Below, one piece after another: positions 23,295 through 36,143 of a stretch of DNA of 64,000 nucleotides. Position 1 is the first letter of the stretch; every line of letters begins with the position of its first letter. Source of the stretch: Heptranchias perlo (taxonomy: Eukaryota); assembly GCF_035084215.1 (NCBI RefSeq), contig NC_090340.1, positions 14,880,001 through 14,944,000 of the forward strand, written 5' to 3'. Position numbers and translations under genes: made by a program. A model generated the notes under the pieces. That model was not told the origin of the DNA. It saw only the letters and a program-made list of their open reading frames with translations, and made no database searches.

Positions 23295-23881
23295 GGGCCA
23301 GATGTTAGCAGGGCTGCGGGTTCTCGGCGGGGTGGGGGGTGGCTATCGGGCGCGTGGGTAACGCGCCCGGTGAAATTCGTGAGTTTCCCGCGCGATTGTA
23401 GCATCCAATCCACTAATTGGATGCACTTATCTGCTCCTCCGGGTTCCCCACTGCTGATCTGCGCGTCGGGCGGGCTGCACATGCGCAGTAAGATCTGTCA
23501 GCTGGCGGCGCTCCAGTTAAAGGGGCAGTCCTCCACTGATTGATGCTCTAACAAATAGAAGAAATTCCAGCTTGGAGCAGCCCAGGGGAAGGCTGCTCCC
23601 AGCTTAATGATTCCTCACTCCAGGGGCCCGATTTTAGCAGGCGTGCGGGTTCCCGGCGGGTGGTCCATCGGGAGCGTGGAAAACGCGGACGGCTAAATGA
23701 GTGCACCCCCCGCGCGATCGCGGGATAATTGATGCCATTAAGCCGTGGTTATGGGTTCTCCGCTCCCCAGCTGCGCGCCGGCGGCCTGCGCATGCGCATT
23801 GACGTTCGCGCGATGGTGGAGCTCTATTTAAAGGGGCAGTCCACCAAAGCCCCTCCAGCTTCAAACAAGAGGCATCACACC

Positions 23882-25702
23882 ATGGAGCACCCCAGGGGTA
23901 AGGCTGCACCACGGTTTTCGGACCTCGCGCTCCAGCTGCTGCTGGACGGTGTGAGGAGGAGGAGGGACACGCTTTTCCCGACTGACGGACGAAAGTGCCC
24001 TGGCTCCGCCACCAGGAAGGCATGGGCAGAGGTGGCGGCGGAGGTCAGCAGCAGGGCCAACACCACCAGGACATGGGTGCAGTGTAGAAAGCGATTCAAT
24101 GACCTCACTAGGTCCGGCAAAGTGAGTACACTAACGCACCCTCCCACAACCCGTCTCCAACATCACGCCAAACACCTCACAACCCCTTCTGCACAGCCAC
24201 CACAGCGCTCCCGCAGCAATCCTCACAGCCACTCAACTACCATCCTCACCGTGCCTGCACGTACCCACCGTCCCTGTCCCCACTCGAACACTACCACACA
24301 CCCCAATCCCCATGCAATGGGATGGGCATGTGGCACACGCATCCTCCCATCCATCTGCCCCACGCTCAACCCACCCACACCGATGCTTGAGGCGTCTCAC
24401 AATGCAATCTGCACTGACTCACGCATCTGTGTTTTGCCTTGACAGGAGACGAGATGCAAGAACGCCAGAGAAAGGGCACGCACCGGAGGGGGCCCGCCAC
24501 ACCTGCTGGTACTGACGGACGCAGAGGTGGAGGCGTTGGATATCAGCCGCATGCAATATTGCCTCTCCGTGGCGGATGTCGAGGCTGGGGCTGCAGAAAC
24601 GGCCGGTAAGGGAAAGCTGACACTCAGCACTCATGTTCGCGAATGACCTAAGCATCACCCGGCATCTGCCGCACCGCAACGTTTGTGCACATGCCTGATA
24701 TTGCCCTCTGTTCTCTTGCAGGGCCGTCTGCGAGCCCCGTGTGTGAGGAGGGTGATTCCTCAGAGGACAATCCGGTCTCTGAGGGTGCATCGTCACATGA
24801 GCCAACCATCCACCAGCGCAGAGACACACACCTCGGTGGGTCCCCCTCGCCAACTAGTTGGGGTTGCATATGGTGAGTCACCACGCACGTGTGAGCATGA
24901 GCAGACCCTGGTGGCAGGGGCAACCACGGAGGGTCCGTGTCGGTGGGAGCACTCTTCTCCAGGCTCTGCTCAGCTGGACCCAGATGCTGAACCCAGGGGG
25001 CCACCAGTCAAAAGGAGAGTCGTCGAGGGGCACCAGCACATTGCCGAGGTACTGGGAGAGGTGTCACGTGCATTGTCCACAATCACGCAGGTGATGGAGG
25101 AGTCCAACTCCTGCATGCGGGCATTGGTGGCGCAGGTACAGGAGGGTATCGGCGACATAGTGTCGCGGGTAGGTGCGGGAACGTCTGCGGTGAAGGACAG
25201 GCTAGCCTCCCTCGAGCGTCACGCACAGCTCAACATCGAGTCCATGCAGGCCCTGACAACGGCTGTTCGGATTCAGGGTGAGCAACATTCCGCCGCCTTA
25301 AACAGGCTGACGGATACACTAGAGGTGGCCTTGCAAGGCCTCACACATGCCATCCAAACTGTCGTCCAGCAGGGTGGAAGGGGTGATGTGGGTCGAGGCC
25401 ATGAGAGGGATGATGGTGAACGGGGACATGGAAGCGGGGACGCTACTCAAGGTGCCCCCACATCTCACCCGTTGCCCCCCTCTCAACCAGGACCCGCAAT
25501 GGTGCCTCCTCTCCAGGTGGCCGAGGAGCAGGAGGAGCAGTCTGTGGAGGTGCCCTCACGGGCACCGAAACCCAGGGGGCGTTGGCCCAACGTATCTACC
25601 CGGTCAGGGCACGAACAGGAGCAACCTGCCACTACCTCTGCTGAAGCCACAGGGGTAGCACCACGTAGGGGTTCCCGTAAACGTAAGCCAAGGGTGTTAT
25701 AA
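23882..25702 (+). pseudogene. Harbinger-2 Myb/SANT gene (exons 23882-24121, 24446-24605, 24722-25702), frameshifted
   Basis: Exons 1 and 2 have the same sizes as in copy 1 (240 and 160 nt). A 2-nt deletion near 24797 (CAT--GAGCCAA vs CATCAGAGCCAA) gives a stop at 24876. Confidence 0.88.
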
Positions 25703-25976
25703 GCACAAAGGGAATGCACTAGGGTGTCTGTCAATTTGTAATGTTTTTGTTTATAGTCGTTCAATAAGTACAGAATTAAAACAATCGTTCTCACCACTCC
25801 TGCCACCTCTCGTCCATTCTTCTGCGGCTTGTGCAATAGGTCCCTTCCGTGCGGGCCATCATGATGACGAACACCTGGTCCCGCAGGAGTACTGGCACCA
25901 CTCTTCTGTGGAGGGGGCTGGTATGGCCCCTCATCTATGCACGTGATGAGATGTGAACGCCTCAGACTGTCTGATC

Positions 25977-27233
25977 CTAGGGGAACCGTTGACATATGAG
26001 TGCCTCCCTGGCCTGGCGAGCATCCTGTTGAGCCGGTGTTCGGCCAATGGGTCGTTCCTCATCCTCGCGCGCGTCCTCCTCCTCCCCCTCCTCCTCCACC
26101 TCCTCCTCCTCCTCCACCTCCTCCTCCTCATCATCGTCCTCAATGTGGGTGGCGGGTGTGGATGGGGCCTCCTCCAGCGGCACCCCTCTCTGTTGGGCCA
26201 TGTTGTGCAGGGCACAGCAGACAACTATAATTCATCCCACTCTGAGTGGCGTGTATTGGAGCGCTCCCCCAGAACGATCAAGGCACCTGAAGCGCATCTT
26301 GAGCAGCCCTATGGCCTGTTCAATTGTAGACCTGGTAGCAATGTGGCTGTCATTGTATCGACGCTGCGGCTAGGTGATGGGGTTCCTCAGAGGTGTCATG
26401 AGCCACGTGTGCAGGGGATACCCCTTGTCACCGAGGAGCCAGCCGTTGCGAGTGTTGGGTGCGTGGAAGAGGGGCGGGTCGGTGGACTCCCTGAGGACGA
26501 AGGCATCGTGGCAGCTGCTGGGGTATCTGGCACACACGTGTAGGAATCTCTGGCGCTGGTCTCAGATGAGCTGGGTGTTCATGGACTGTTACCCCTTCCT
26601 GTTGATGAACAGCCCTGGCTCATGTGGAGATGCCCGTATTGCTATGTGGGTGCAGTCGATTACACCCTGCACCCGTGGGAAGCCAGCCACAGCATGGAAA
26701 CCAACCGCCCTCTCCATCTGGCTGCGCTCGTCCATGGCGAAGTTGATGTAGTGCGAGGCCCTGTGGAACAAACCATCGGTGACCTGCCTTATGCACTTGT
26801 GTGCAGAGGACTGACAGACCCCGGTGATGTCCCCGCTGGCACCCTGGAATGATCCGGAGGCGAAGGAGTTGAGGGCAGTGGTGACTTTGACGGCAACGGG
26901 TAAGAAGATGCTGCTTGGTCCATCCGGGAGCAGCTCGTCATTAAGGAGGCTGCAGATGTCGGCGACTACCTGCCGAGTGACTCTGAGCCTCCGTATGCAC
27001 TGCTCCTCAGAGAGGTCCATGAAGCTGAGCCTCGGTCTGTTGACCTTGTGCGGAGGGTAGTGCCTCCTGCGACGCATCTCTCTCTGCGGTTGCCCTCCCT
27101 CCTGCTGTGCAGGTGGATGTGCCACAGCACCGTGTTGGGGGGCTCCACGTCGCTGAGGCAGACGGCGTGGACTGCAAGGCTGCTGGGGCTGGTGATGCTG
27201 TTCGTCCTCCGAGGATGTCGAGGCGGCCCCCAT
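25977..27233 (-). pseudogene. Harbinger-2 transposase, premature stops
   Basis: MGAASTSSED...IDCTHIAI...NRKG* (TAA at 26589-26591, where copy 1 has Y). A further in-frame stop follows. The C-terminal part is still recognisable. Confidence 0.9.
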
Positions 27234-27784
27234 CTGTCAGGTGTAGGTCTGAGGGGTTGTTCACGGTAGGTAGGTGTTTCCTCGAACTGTGGCTGCGGTT
27301 CCACGTTGGTGTATCTTCTGGCTTGGAGTGGGGTGGTGGAGGGCAGGCGTTGCCCTATGTGATGGAGTGGCCTCCTGCTTTGGTGAAGGGTCTCCCCCCC
27401 CCCACCCGCCACTGTGGAGTGCACCTTGGCAGCTGCCACAGGCTGCTGGCTGCAACACGTCTGTTTGGAGTGAGAGTGTTTCCCCCAGTACGTGAAAGAG
27501 TCTCAGTTGCATCAAAAATCCCACCTTTCCTAATAAGACAGCTGAATCAGGTCATTTAATGACCTGAAATAGCTAGTTAAATACTGTCAAGTGGCATCCC
27601 GCTGGCTTTAATTGTCTGCAGGATTCCCACCAGCGGGAGCTGCGCACGCACCCCCGCACGTCAGCGCGGAACCCGGAAGTGGGCGGGATCGAGGCGCGAT
27701 CTGGTCCCGCACCTGGATTTCGGGATTTTCAGGGCCCCCCCGCCGAGAACGCACCCGATAGTGGGTGCTAAAATCGGGCCCCAG

Positions 27785-27977
27785 GTATCAATACATGGGG
27801 TGAGGAGGAGGGGGAAGACAGAGATCTTCCTCCCGGCGGGCGGGAGGAAGCGGCCTGCCTCTGCCACCAGGAAGGCCTGGCTCGAGGTGGCAGAGGAGGT
27901 CACCAGCACCACCAACATATCGCCCACCTACATACAGTGCAGGAGGCGCTCCAATGACCTCAGTAGGTCAGCCAAAG
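27785..27977 (+). pseudogene. Harbinger-3 Myb exon 1, 3' part
   Basis: VSIHGVRRRGKTEIF..RKAWLEVAEEVTS...IQCRRRSNDLSRSAK|gtgagt; joins EQPRG.AAP..NDSSLQ at 23572-23623. Confidence 0.85.
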
Positions 27978-28490
27978 TGAGTACACTCGTCTTTCCCATG
28001 CACTCCGTCTGCCACATCACTGCCCCCACCCCACTGCCAACACTACTCTGTCACATCACCCCTCATACCCACTCAAACCTCATTCTCATCTTACCTGCAC
28101 CTACTCACCTCGCCAGTACTCATCCCGCCACTACCACTCAACCCAATCCTCATACAATCTCATGGCTCTATCTCATACCCACCCTCTCGTGCATCTCTTT
28201 CACGGCCAGCCTCACTCAACCTGCCACTACCCGTGCTGCAGCCACAGGGCATGCATCACATATGTGCAGTAGGCAGCGTAAGGCAAACGTGTCGTGAGCA
28301 TGAAGGGGATGCACAAGGGTGTTTGAGGGTTCGTCATGGGTGTTACTTATATTGAATTTCTGAACAACTCACATTACACATTATATTGGCACCACTACTG
28401 CCATGTCTTTGCGAATCCTGTCTGGTTTGTGCAATAATGCCCGCTCCTGAGGATCACTATGAGGAGCCACAACTGATGCCACCCATTGTG

Positions 28491-28965
28491 TCACTGCAGA
28501 GTGGGTGTCGGTGTATTTGCAGGGCTCTTCTGCGCAGACGACTGGGAGACATTGGCGATGTCCCTGGTTGCAGCCTGGAAGGATGCGGAGGAGAAGTTGT
28601 TGAGGGCAGTGGTGACTTTGACAGCGACAGGTAAGAAGATGGTGCTCGGGCCAGCCAGGAGCAGCTCGGCATGAAAGAGGCTGCAGATGTCCACGACTAC
28701 ATGTCGAGTGACTCTGAGCCTCCGTGTGCACTGCTGCTCAGAGAGGTCCAGGAGGCTGAGCCTCGGTCTGTGGACCCTGTGCCCTCTGCGACGCATCTCT
28801 CTCTGCGGTAGCCCTCCCTCCTGCTGTGCAGGTGGATGTGTCACAGCACTCTGTTGTGGAGCTCCACGTGTCAGAGGTGGATGGCGTGGATGGCGAGGCT
28901 GGTGAGGCTGGTGATGCTGTTCGCCCTCCGAGGAGGTCATGACTGCAGCTACGGCAGCCCCCATC
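28491..28965 (-). pseudogene. Harbinger-3 transposase N-terminal fragment
   Basis: RPRLSLLDLSEQQCTRRLRVTR...LPVAVKVTTALN.FSS.SFQ; the catalytic core is deleted. Confidence 0.85.
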
Positions 28966-29999
28966 CGCAAGATGTACATCTGAGGGGGTCCGCAAGGTAG
29001 GTACATGTCTCTGGACCCCGGGGTAAGTGTGCAAGTTGGTGACTTTGACTGTTAGGAGGAGGGTGGTGGAGGCCAAACTTTGTCCCAAATGACAGAGTGG
29101 CCTCCTGCAATGGATGAGGGTCTCCCCCCGCCACCTGTCAAATGGACCTTTGCAGCTGCCACAGGCTGACGGTTGCAACTCGTCCATTCGAGCTGGGAGT
29201 GTTTCCCCCAGTGTGGGAAACAGTCCCACTTTGTTCTAAAATCCCACATAATCGCTTAATCAGGTCAGTTAATGACCTGAAATACCTAAATAAATACTGT
29301 CAAGTGGCATCCCGCTGGCTTTAATTGCCTGCGGGATTCCCACCAGCAGGGGCTGCACGCGCACGCCGGCGCGTCCGTGGGGAACCCGGTAGTGGGCGGG
29401 ATCGAGACGGGATCCGGTCCCGCTCCGGGATTTCCCGATTTTCGGGGCCCCTCCGCCGAGACCGCACCCGATAGCGGGTGGTAAATTTATCCCCCATCTG
29501 TTCGCCAGGAGATTCCTGAATGCTCCGGGTAAAAGTCAGCCGTTTTACACTTGAGTTTCAGAGACGCGGGTAAAATCCCTTCAATAGGAACGATTTCCAA
29601 GGTGGTTGGGGAACTTTAAAAGAAAAGATTTGTAGTATTAGTCTCTGTGTATTTTTTAAATTCGTTCATGGGATGTGGGCGTCGCTGGTGAGGCCTGCAT
29701 TTATTGCCCATCCCTAATTCCCCTTGAGAAGGTGGTGGCGAGCCGCCTTATTGAACCGCTGCAGTCCGCGAGGTGATGGTTCTCCCACAGTGCTGTACTG
29801 TATAATTTGGTAAGATCGAGATCTTATCTGAAACTATAAATGCATGGCTGCAGGTTTATCATTTTTTATCACAGTTTGTACATGATTATTACAGTCGAAG
29901 AGCCAAATTTCACTTGGCGCATTCACAGGGACGAAAAGACTGGGGAAGTGAATTTTATATCGCCGTTGGTTATTAGTTTTTAGATAGAGTCCATATCTC

Positions 30000-31440
30000 T
30001 GAGCAAGTGTTTGCATTTTCGTAAATAGTATTCCTGTACATTAATACACGGCGCATGTGAAAGGTCCGTGTGGAACCTCAAGGCTACATTGTTATAAAAA
30101 AAAACGCTTGCTCTGCCCGGGTCCATACTTGTTCCATGTCATGTCCTATCTCCTGTGGCACACAAATGATTTTATTTTTAATGCACCATGTGGCATTGGG
30201 AATACTAGGAATATAGTCCCATGTACTGGGTTGGTATATCCTCAAAATATCCGCCAGGCCCATCTCACTGTTACATATAGAAAATATCCCCTCGGCAACA
30301 ACATAATTTTTACAATTCCTTCGGGAACGGTCCAACAGCAGATCTGAAGCAAGATTAAAATTAACACCTATTATAACTGACAGTTTAGGTAACTCTCCGA
30401 CGTTAAAGGACACACTATTCGGGTTTTGTGTCTGCCCATTATTAGGGACATATACATTAACCAGGATTAATCTACCACTACAATATATCTGCCCTCCAGT
30501 CCTTCCGTGTTCCATTATAAATGTACTCGACTTATGAATTAACATTACCACTCTATATTTCCTCAAATAAAAAAGGTCAATGCATTTACTTCACGAAGGA
30601 CTTCTTGGATTTTGAAGACCCTTTCAGGTCAAAGTGGATCCGCTGTAGGAAGGCTACTCCCATCTTTAATCGGCTGAAATATTGCAAAGGTTTAACGCAG
30701 TTCAGCGAATTTTGGATTCCCTTCACATTCCAGGTGACCAGCTTAATACGGGTACTACTGATCATCTCTGTGTTTTAAATTTGAAATCTTGACCTGCATC
30801 CCCTTGACCCACCTCCAATTACCTTAAACCTGAAAGCAACCTGTCGTCCCTAGGAGAAATAAAATGTATGTTGATTGTTCATTTACCGATTTCGCGCTAC
30901 CAGCAGGAATTCTCGTCGGGATGTTTTGCATATTGGGAGATCGCAGGCAGTAGCATGAACTCGAAAAATTAAATGTAAAGCAATAAGGGAAATTCTATCA
31001 AACTGTATCAGACGCTGCTGCAACTCATTGATGTCGGGAAAGCTCCCTAATTGGATACTATCCGTACTTCAGTTGCCGTTCTTCCTTGTTGCCTCAAGGA
31101 TCTTAGGTTTGTCTTGGAATCTGAGCGTTTGAAAAATGATTGCTCTTGGGGATTTGGGCATTATGGCAGGAGCCAGGACCCCCTCCATTTCCATCATTGA
31201 AGATTCTGATCGCGCCCGAAGCTCTCATAAGATACCTTGAAGATAACCTATGGTTATCTTCTCTTCCGCCACTCTGGAAGATTAACCAGTGAAGATTATT
31301 ATTCTTGGAGTGAATTTTCAAATCCTTCTAAATTGTCAACTGCTGCCGGTATTTCAGCACATCAATCTCTTTCATGACCAGTTCTAATGGATCTTCTGCT
31401 ACTAACAGCCTTTCCTCCAGCTCTGCAATCTGTTTTCAGT
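30000..31440 (-). mobile_element. Ancient L1-type LINE relic (ORF1 and APE endonuclease)
   Basis: Minus strand IAELEERLLVAED...HSKNNNL (ORF1-like); KLVTWNVKGIQNS...VAFLQ.IH and LVNVYVPN...IIGVNFN...LDRS (L1 EN). Confidence 0.7.
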
Positions 31441-31974
31441 CAATTTCTTTCTGAGAAAGGATATATCTTGCTAGGCCCAACTCTCGCTTTTACTTATGAA
31501 ATGTGTGTGCGTGTGGGTGTTTATCGCCCTGATCCTCGTTTTGACACAAAATCATTTAAAGATTAGAACCCATTCTCGGCCAAAGAGCAGCGTTACGAAT
31601 GGACCATTTGCAATGTGCAGGCAGTTGGAGTATTATTACCTGGAAATAATTATAATTTATAAATTACTCCGCTTTGGATCAATTTTACTATCATAATATC
31701 AAATTTCACGAGTCTGGTGCGATGAATGCATGTACTCGTATACGGGGCATACAACAGGGGCTAACTGTCCTCTCTTATCTGATTATATTCATTATATTAT
31801 ATCCCATTATTTTTCAACGAGATTATATTCTGCATTTCAAATGCGAATTTAAAGTATGATATAAAATTCGGTACTTAATACACATATAAAAACACAATTG
31901 TGAAAGAGCTGCAGATTCTATTAAAATGATTGTCCATCCCTTAATTTTGCTGAGTTTTAAATATAGCTGAAACT

Positions 31975-32263
31975 CTCCCAGCTCCATCTCCAATAGGTTT
32001 TTCCTGATGTTTTATTTCACAGTAATACATTCCGGAGTCTTCGATACTCACATTCACGATATCAACGGAACCACTTCCCTTTTTGACATTAAATTGCTTT
32101 CTGTTATCTGGTTCCAGGAACTTATTCTCGCCCCGACTCCACCAAACAACATCGGGAACATCTTGAAATAGTGGAAAAGTGCAGAACAAGGAAACATTTG
32201 TACCTCTGGCAAACTTAACGTGTTTCGGGAATTGATCCACTTTGCTCGAAGTTACTTCGACGT
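31975..32263 (-). pseudogene. Gene C: orphan, 3'-truncated Ig V-set exon (SIRP/NKp30-like)
   Basis: gacag|AC acceptor. KVDQFP...VSLFCTFP...VVWW...DSGMYYC...IGDGAG, then loss of the J-like strand. No donor; stop at 31941. Confidence 0.85.
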
Positions 32264-33197
32264 CTGTCAAAAAATAAACAAGAAAGCTGATTTTATAGAG
32301 TGTGTACTTTCAGGAGAAAAAACAAACGTTATGACTTAGAAATTTAAAAACAAGAAAATTAGCCAAATTAATAAAATAATGAGAAAGACGGAAAAAAGTA
32401 ATGTGCACAAAATATGACGATTTTTTGAACACCAGCTTTTTTCGATAAGCATAAAGCTGTAAGATAAACAAACACACCTGTGTAAATAATTCCGAGTAAA
32501 GATATGCACAAAGGTACGGAGCTCACAGCCATTCTGAGTGACGAACCTTAAACTGGCCATAAGCTGCAAGGAATCACCAAGCTCCTGGTCCTTTGGAAGC
32601 CACGGGTTTGTCCGTGATCTAAAGTGACGTGTCACATCACATGACTCAATTCTGTTTCTGTCGGTTAATAGCTTAAGACGTTTTTCTTAAACCAATACTG
32701 TAGCCAATTAGTTGTGAAGGATGATTAGTTTGGTGAGTAAATCTAGAGGAATGGGACCAGATTTTTTTTCTGGTTATCACATATTAGCGACAACCTAAAT
32801 ATAGGCTGAAGATTCACAATGTTCGTTATTTCTAGCGAGATCCTAAGTGCATTCTAAGGTACTCCCATTTGAGAACTGATGGGCCTGGCCAGTATTGTGG
32901 GCGGAGACTCGTTCGGACGCAGGGTTACATTGACCCACTTAAAAGATCCAGGCCACTTGGGCATATTGTAGTTGCAGGTGTAACTTACTTGCGTCCACAT
33001 GTCGCGATCTTTTAAGTCATGTAACTTGTTTGCGCCCAGATTGCACTTCTCTCTCGGAGCAAATACGGAGAGAACTCCAGGCTGTGAGTACTCCTTTCCT
33101 GTTCTTGTGGTGATAAAGCACTGTTAATTGTGCTGTTGGACTTGGTTCCGCCTATTCCTACAACACACCCTGGTCAGTGTAAAATAGAAACTCATGT

Positions 33198-33387
33198 CCT
33201 TTGTTTGGTCTGTAAAGCCAATGTTCAGAAATATTGTTAATTGGTCGTTTTGCCAATTTGTGGACTGCTGCTCAAAGCATTCATCAGAAGGACATAGAAA
33301 CAGCCTTACAAACAACACACGGCCAAAGTCAGCACAAGCATATGCCCGACGATATCGCATGAATGTTGATGTTACACTGTTGATCTA
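33198..33387 (-). repeat. Duplicated fragment of gene B last intron, acceptor and first exon bases
   Basis: Close paralog of 36132-36321 (tgtaaagccaatgtt.agaaatattgttaattggtcgttttgcca...). Confidence 0.85.
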
Positions 33388-34396
33388 GCAGGCAAGCAGA
33401 CTTCAATGATTTATAGTTAATATTCTGTATATCATTGTAAATAAGAAAAAGTTTTAAAATAAAAAATCAAAGAATTAATTGAATTAAATTAAAGAGACAG
33501 AAGGGAAAAGTAAAAACAAATTAAAGTTTTAATTTTAAAAATTGTTTTTAATGATGATAAGCTATTAAAATAAGGAGTAATATGAGACTCCACATTTTTA
33601 TAAGTTCATTTTTAGTTGTTTGGCAGTCATTAAGACATACCGCGCTGTTAAAACTTAGTTTAGACCTGGTATTTTTAAGTGTACCTGTTCGATGGCATAA
33701 TTAGTTACTTTCCAGCTGGGCTGATAAGCAAGTTGGCGCTTTTTCAGTGGTTTATTGGCTTGCAGCGTGAGATAGCGCATTAATTCGAAGCTATCATATC
33801 GACTGCGAACCACTAGGAGCAAATTCAGGATTTTCGCGTTTGAATTCGCATTTGCAAAGGTGGGAACTTGCTCTTTCAATTCGCCACTAAAAACGGAGGG
33901 AGCTATTGAGCTCCTCCGTTATTTCGGGAGCGATTTCTGGCCCGTTGTTATGGTTACACTGAAACATGCGATGAGGAATAACTGCTGCTATTCAACACCA
34001 GGTACGTTTTCAGCATGACGCAATTAACATAGTTAAATTCAGAACCAGAAGTGTTGGTGCATCGAGCTGAGCAAATGAACAATGTCCTTTACTCAGCTCG
34101 AAAAAGCGATTCGCTCGTGTCAATATTTAGCAACACACCCGTGCAGCTAAGACCAGACGGTAAAAGCCCCAGCTAATCGCTTAAACTTTATTAGAGCACA
34201 AGACGGATAGAACGCCCACACAATGCTATTTTCTTTCCTGTACAGTGATGTCAATTTTTCCGTTAAATAATTATCAAAATAATCAACAGCACTTCGACTC
34301 CATTTTGAAGCAATGCATTGTTATTAGGTGAGAAAATCGAATGTAAAGTAAACTGAAACATAGTGACAGGTAAACAGTTACACGTTTACTTGCATT

Positions 34397-35050
34397 TAGC
34401 AAAGTGATGGAAGGTGTGGTGGATAGTGCTATCAAACGGCACTTACTCACCAGTAACATGCTCACCGATGCTCAGTTAGGGTTCTGCCAGGACCACTCGG
34501 CTCCAGACCTCATAACAGCCTTGGTCCAACCATGGACAAAAGAGCTGAATTCCAGAGGGGAGGGGAGAGTTACTGCCCTTGACATCAAGGCAGCATTTGA
34601 CCGAGTGTGATATCAAGGAGCCTTATTGGCACCCCATCCACCACACCAAACATTCACTCCCTTCACCACCAGCGCACCGTGGCTGCGGTGTGTACCATCC
34701 AAAGGATGCACTGCAGCAACTCGCCAAGGCTTCTTCGACAGCACCTCCAAAACCCGCGACCTCTACCACCTAGAAGGACAAGGACAGCAGGCGCATGGGA
34801 ACAACCCCACCTGCAGGTTCCCCTCCAAGTCAGACACCATCCCAACTTGGAAATATATCATCGTTCCTTCATCACCGCTGGGTCAAAACTCCTGGAACTC
34901 CCTACCTAACAGCACTGTGGGAGAACCTTCACCACACGGACTGCAGCGGTTCAAAAAGGCGGCTCACCACCACCTTCTCAAAGGCAATTAGGGGTGTGAA
35001 ATAAATGCTGGCCTTGCCAGCGATGACCAGATTTCATGAATAAAAAAAAA
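34397..35050 (+). mobile_element. LINE family X copy with internal deletion and polyA tail
   Basis: MEGVVDSAIKRHLLT...DIKAAFDRV joined directly to LIGTPSTT; 3' tail aataaatgctggccttgccagcga...aaaaaaaaa. Confidence 0.85.
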
Positions 35051-35972
35051 TGTCATTCGGGATAAAACTGCTCCGTTCTTATAGAAACCTGAGTTCATTA
35101 AGGCAAGTCAGCACGGATTTCGAAAAGGCAGAGCGTGCTTGACTTCCCTTGTAGAATTCTTTGAAGAAACAGCAGAGCAGATTTTCAAAAAAAAATTGAT
35201 AATGTAACACCATAGGATAATGACTCTTGGAAGTAAGGGCAACATTGGTGGAAGCAGATTCAATGGGAACTTTCAAAACGGAATTGGATATATACTTGAA
35301 AAGGAAAACATTGCAAGGTTTTGGGGAAGTGCTTGGGAGTGGAATTAATTGGATAGCTCTTTCAAATAGCCGGCACAGGCACAATGGGTCGCATGGACTA
35401 CTCTTGTGCTGTAAGAGTATATGATTCTACGTGGCCACATGGGTAAACAGATATTTGGAGGTCGTAAAACAACTGGCAACGACTGGAGCTTCCTGCGTTC
35501 CATATCAGGAGCGTCACCTGGACTGGAAGTCAGAACGCAATAACGCGACACATAAACTAGCACACAGGTTTGGAAATTTTACTCGCAAAAAAGGAGCACG
35601 AATCGTTGATTCGTAAGGGATCGTATATAATCTGTTTTTATTGAATTTATGTATGATGATAATTAGGAACAGCAAGACTATTAGTGTATCGTTGTAATTA
35701 AATGTGTAGGCTTTTGGCTTCAGTTAAATAACACAGATTTAACATGAAAGTACGTCAGGAAAGGTTTTTTTTTGTTGAAAGCAGCTAAATGAAAATTCAT
35801 CAAATAATTAAACAGAAGATAATAACGACAGACTGCATTCTCTGTTATAGACTGGAATGTGTTACCTCTCAGAGGGATGCTATCGCACTGTATCCATACG
35901 CGCGGAGTTGATAAGGCAGCGGAAAGCGATCAGTATCTACCAAAAAGGACTTCTGAAACTAAAATTCTAGCA

Positions 35973-36143
35973 CTATTTGATTCTTGCTTCGGAGTAGGCA
36001 GCCTCTGTTATTCTTTGTTTTTTTGTCTGCAGCTGGGCATACTCTGTGCTTCTTTCGTTATTTTTGCATTTCCCCGTTTTCTCTGAGCTAGTCAATGCTA
36101 AAGTCGCGTACGTCAGCTTGTCACGAGTTGCCCTTTGTTTGAT
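35973..36143 (-). CDS. Gene B last exon with ITIM/ITSM-like motifs
   Basis: tttacag|IKQRATRDKLTYATL...STEYAQL...AAYSEARIK*. Confidence 0.85.
   Translation of the reverse strand: MKQRATRDKLTYATLALTSSEKTGKCKNNERSTEYAQLQTKKQRITEAAYSEARIK

Larger units (their letters stand above)
23624..27781. mobile_element. Harbinger copy 2 (4158 bp), nested in copy 3
   Basis: Perfect 16-bp TIR GGGCCCGATTTTAGCA; TSD CAG (23621-23623 and 27782-27784); colinear with copy 1. Confidence 0.95.
23295..29494. mobile_element. Harbinger copy 3, older and internally deleted (own sequence 23295-23623 and 27782-29494); hosts copy 2
   Basis: Left end GGGCCAGATGTTAGC; right end (reverse complement) GGGGATAAATTTACC. Myb exon 1 is split by copy 2. 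Only the N-terminal transposase remains (about 28490-28965). Confidence 0.85.

Noticed and set aside
11200-29300. Numerous overlapping short ORFs in the GC-rich segments
   Set aside because: Alternative-frame or antisense by-products of high GC content in the Harbinger genes.
31496-31696. Signal-peptide-like ORF MKCVCVWVFIALILVL
   Set aside because: Derives partly from a TG-rich stretch; no donor or partner exon.
32336-32452. Leader exon of gene C
   Set aside because: The hydrophobic ORF is in the right place, but no usable phase-1 GT donor is visible, so it is not called as a feature.
33390-33943. Possible Harbinger-type MITE ending ATTTCTGGCCC
   Set aside because: The matching left TIR and a TSD could not be located.
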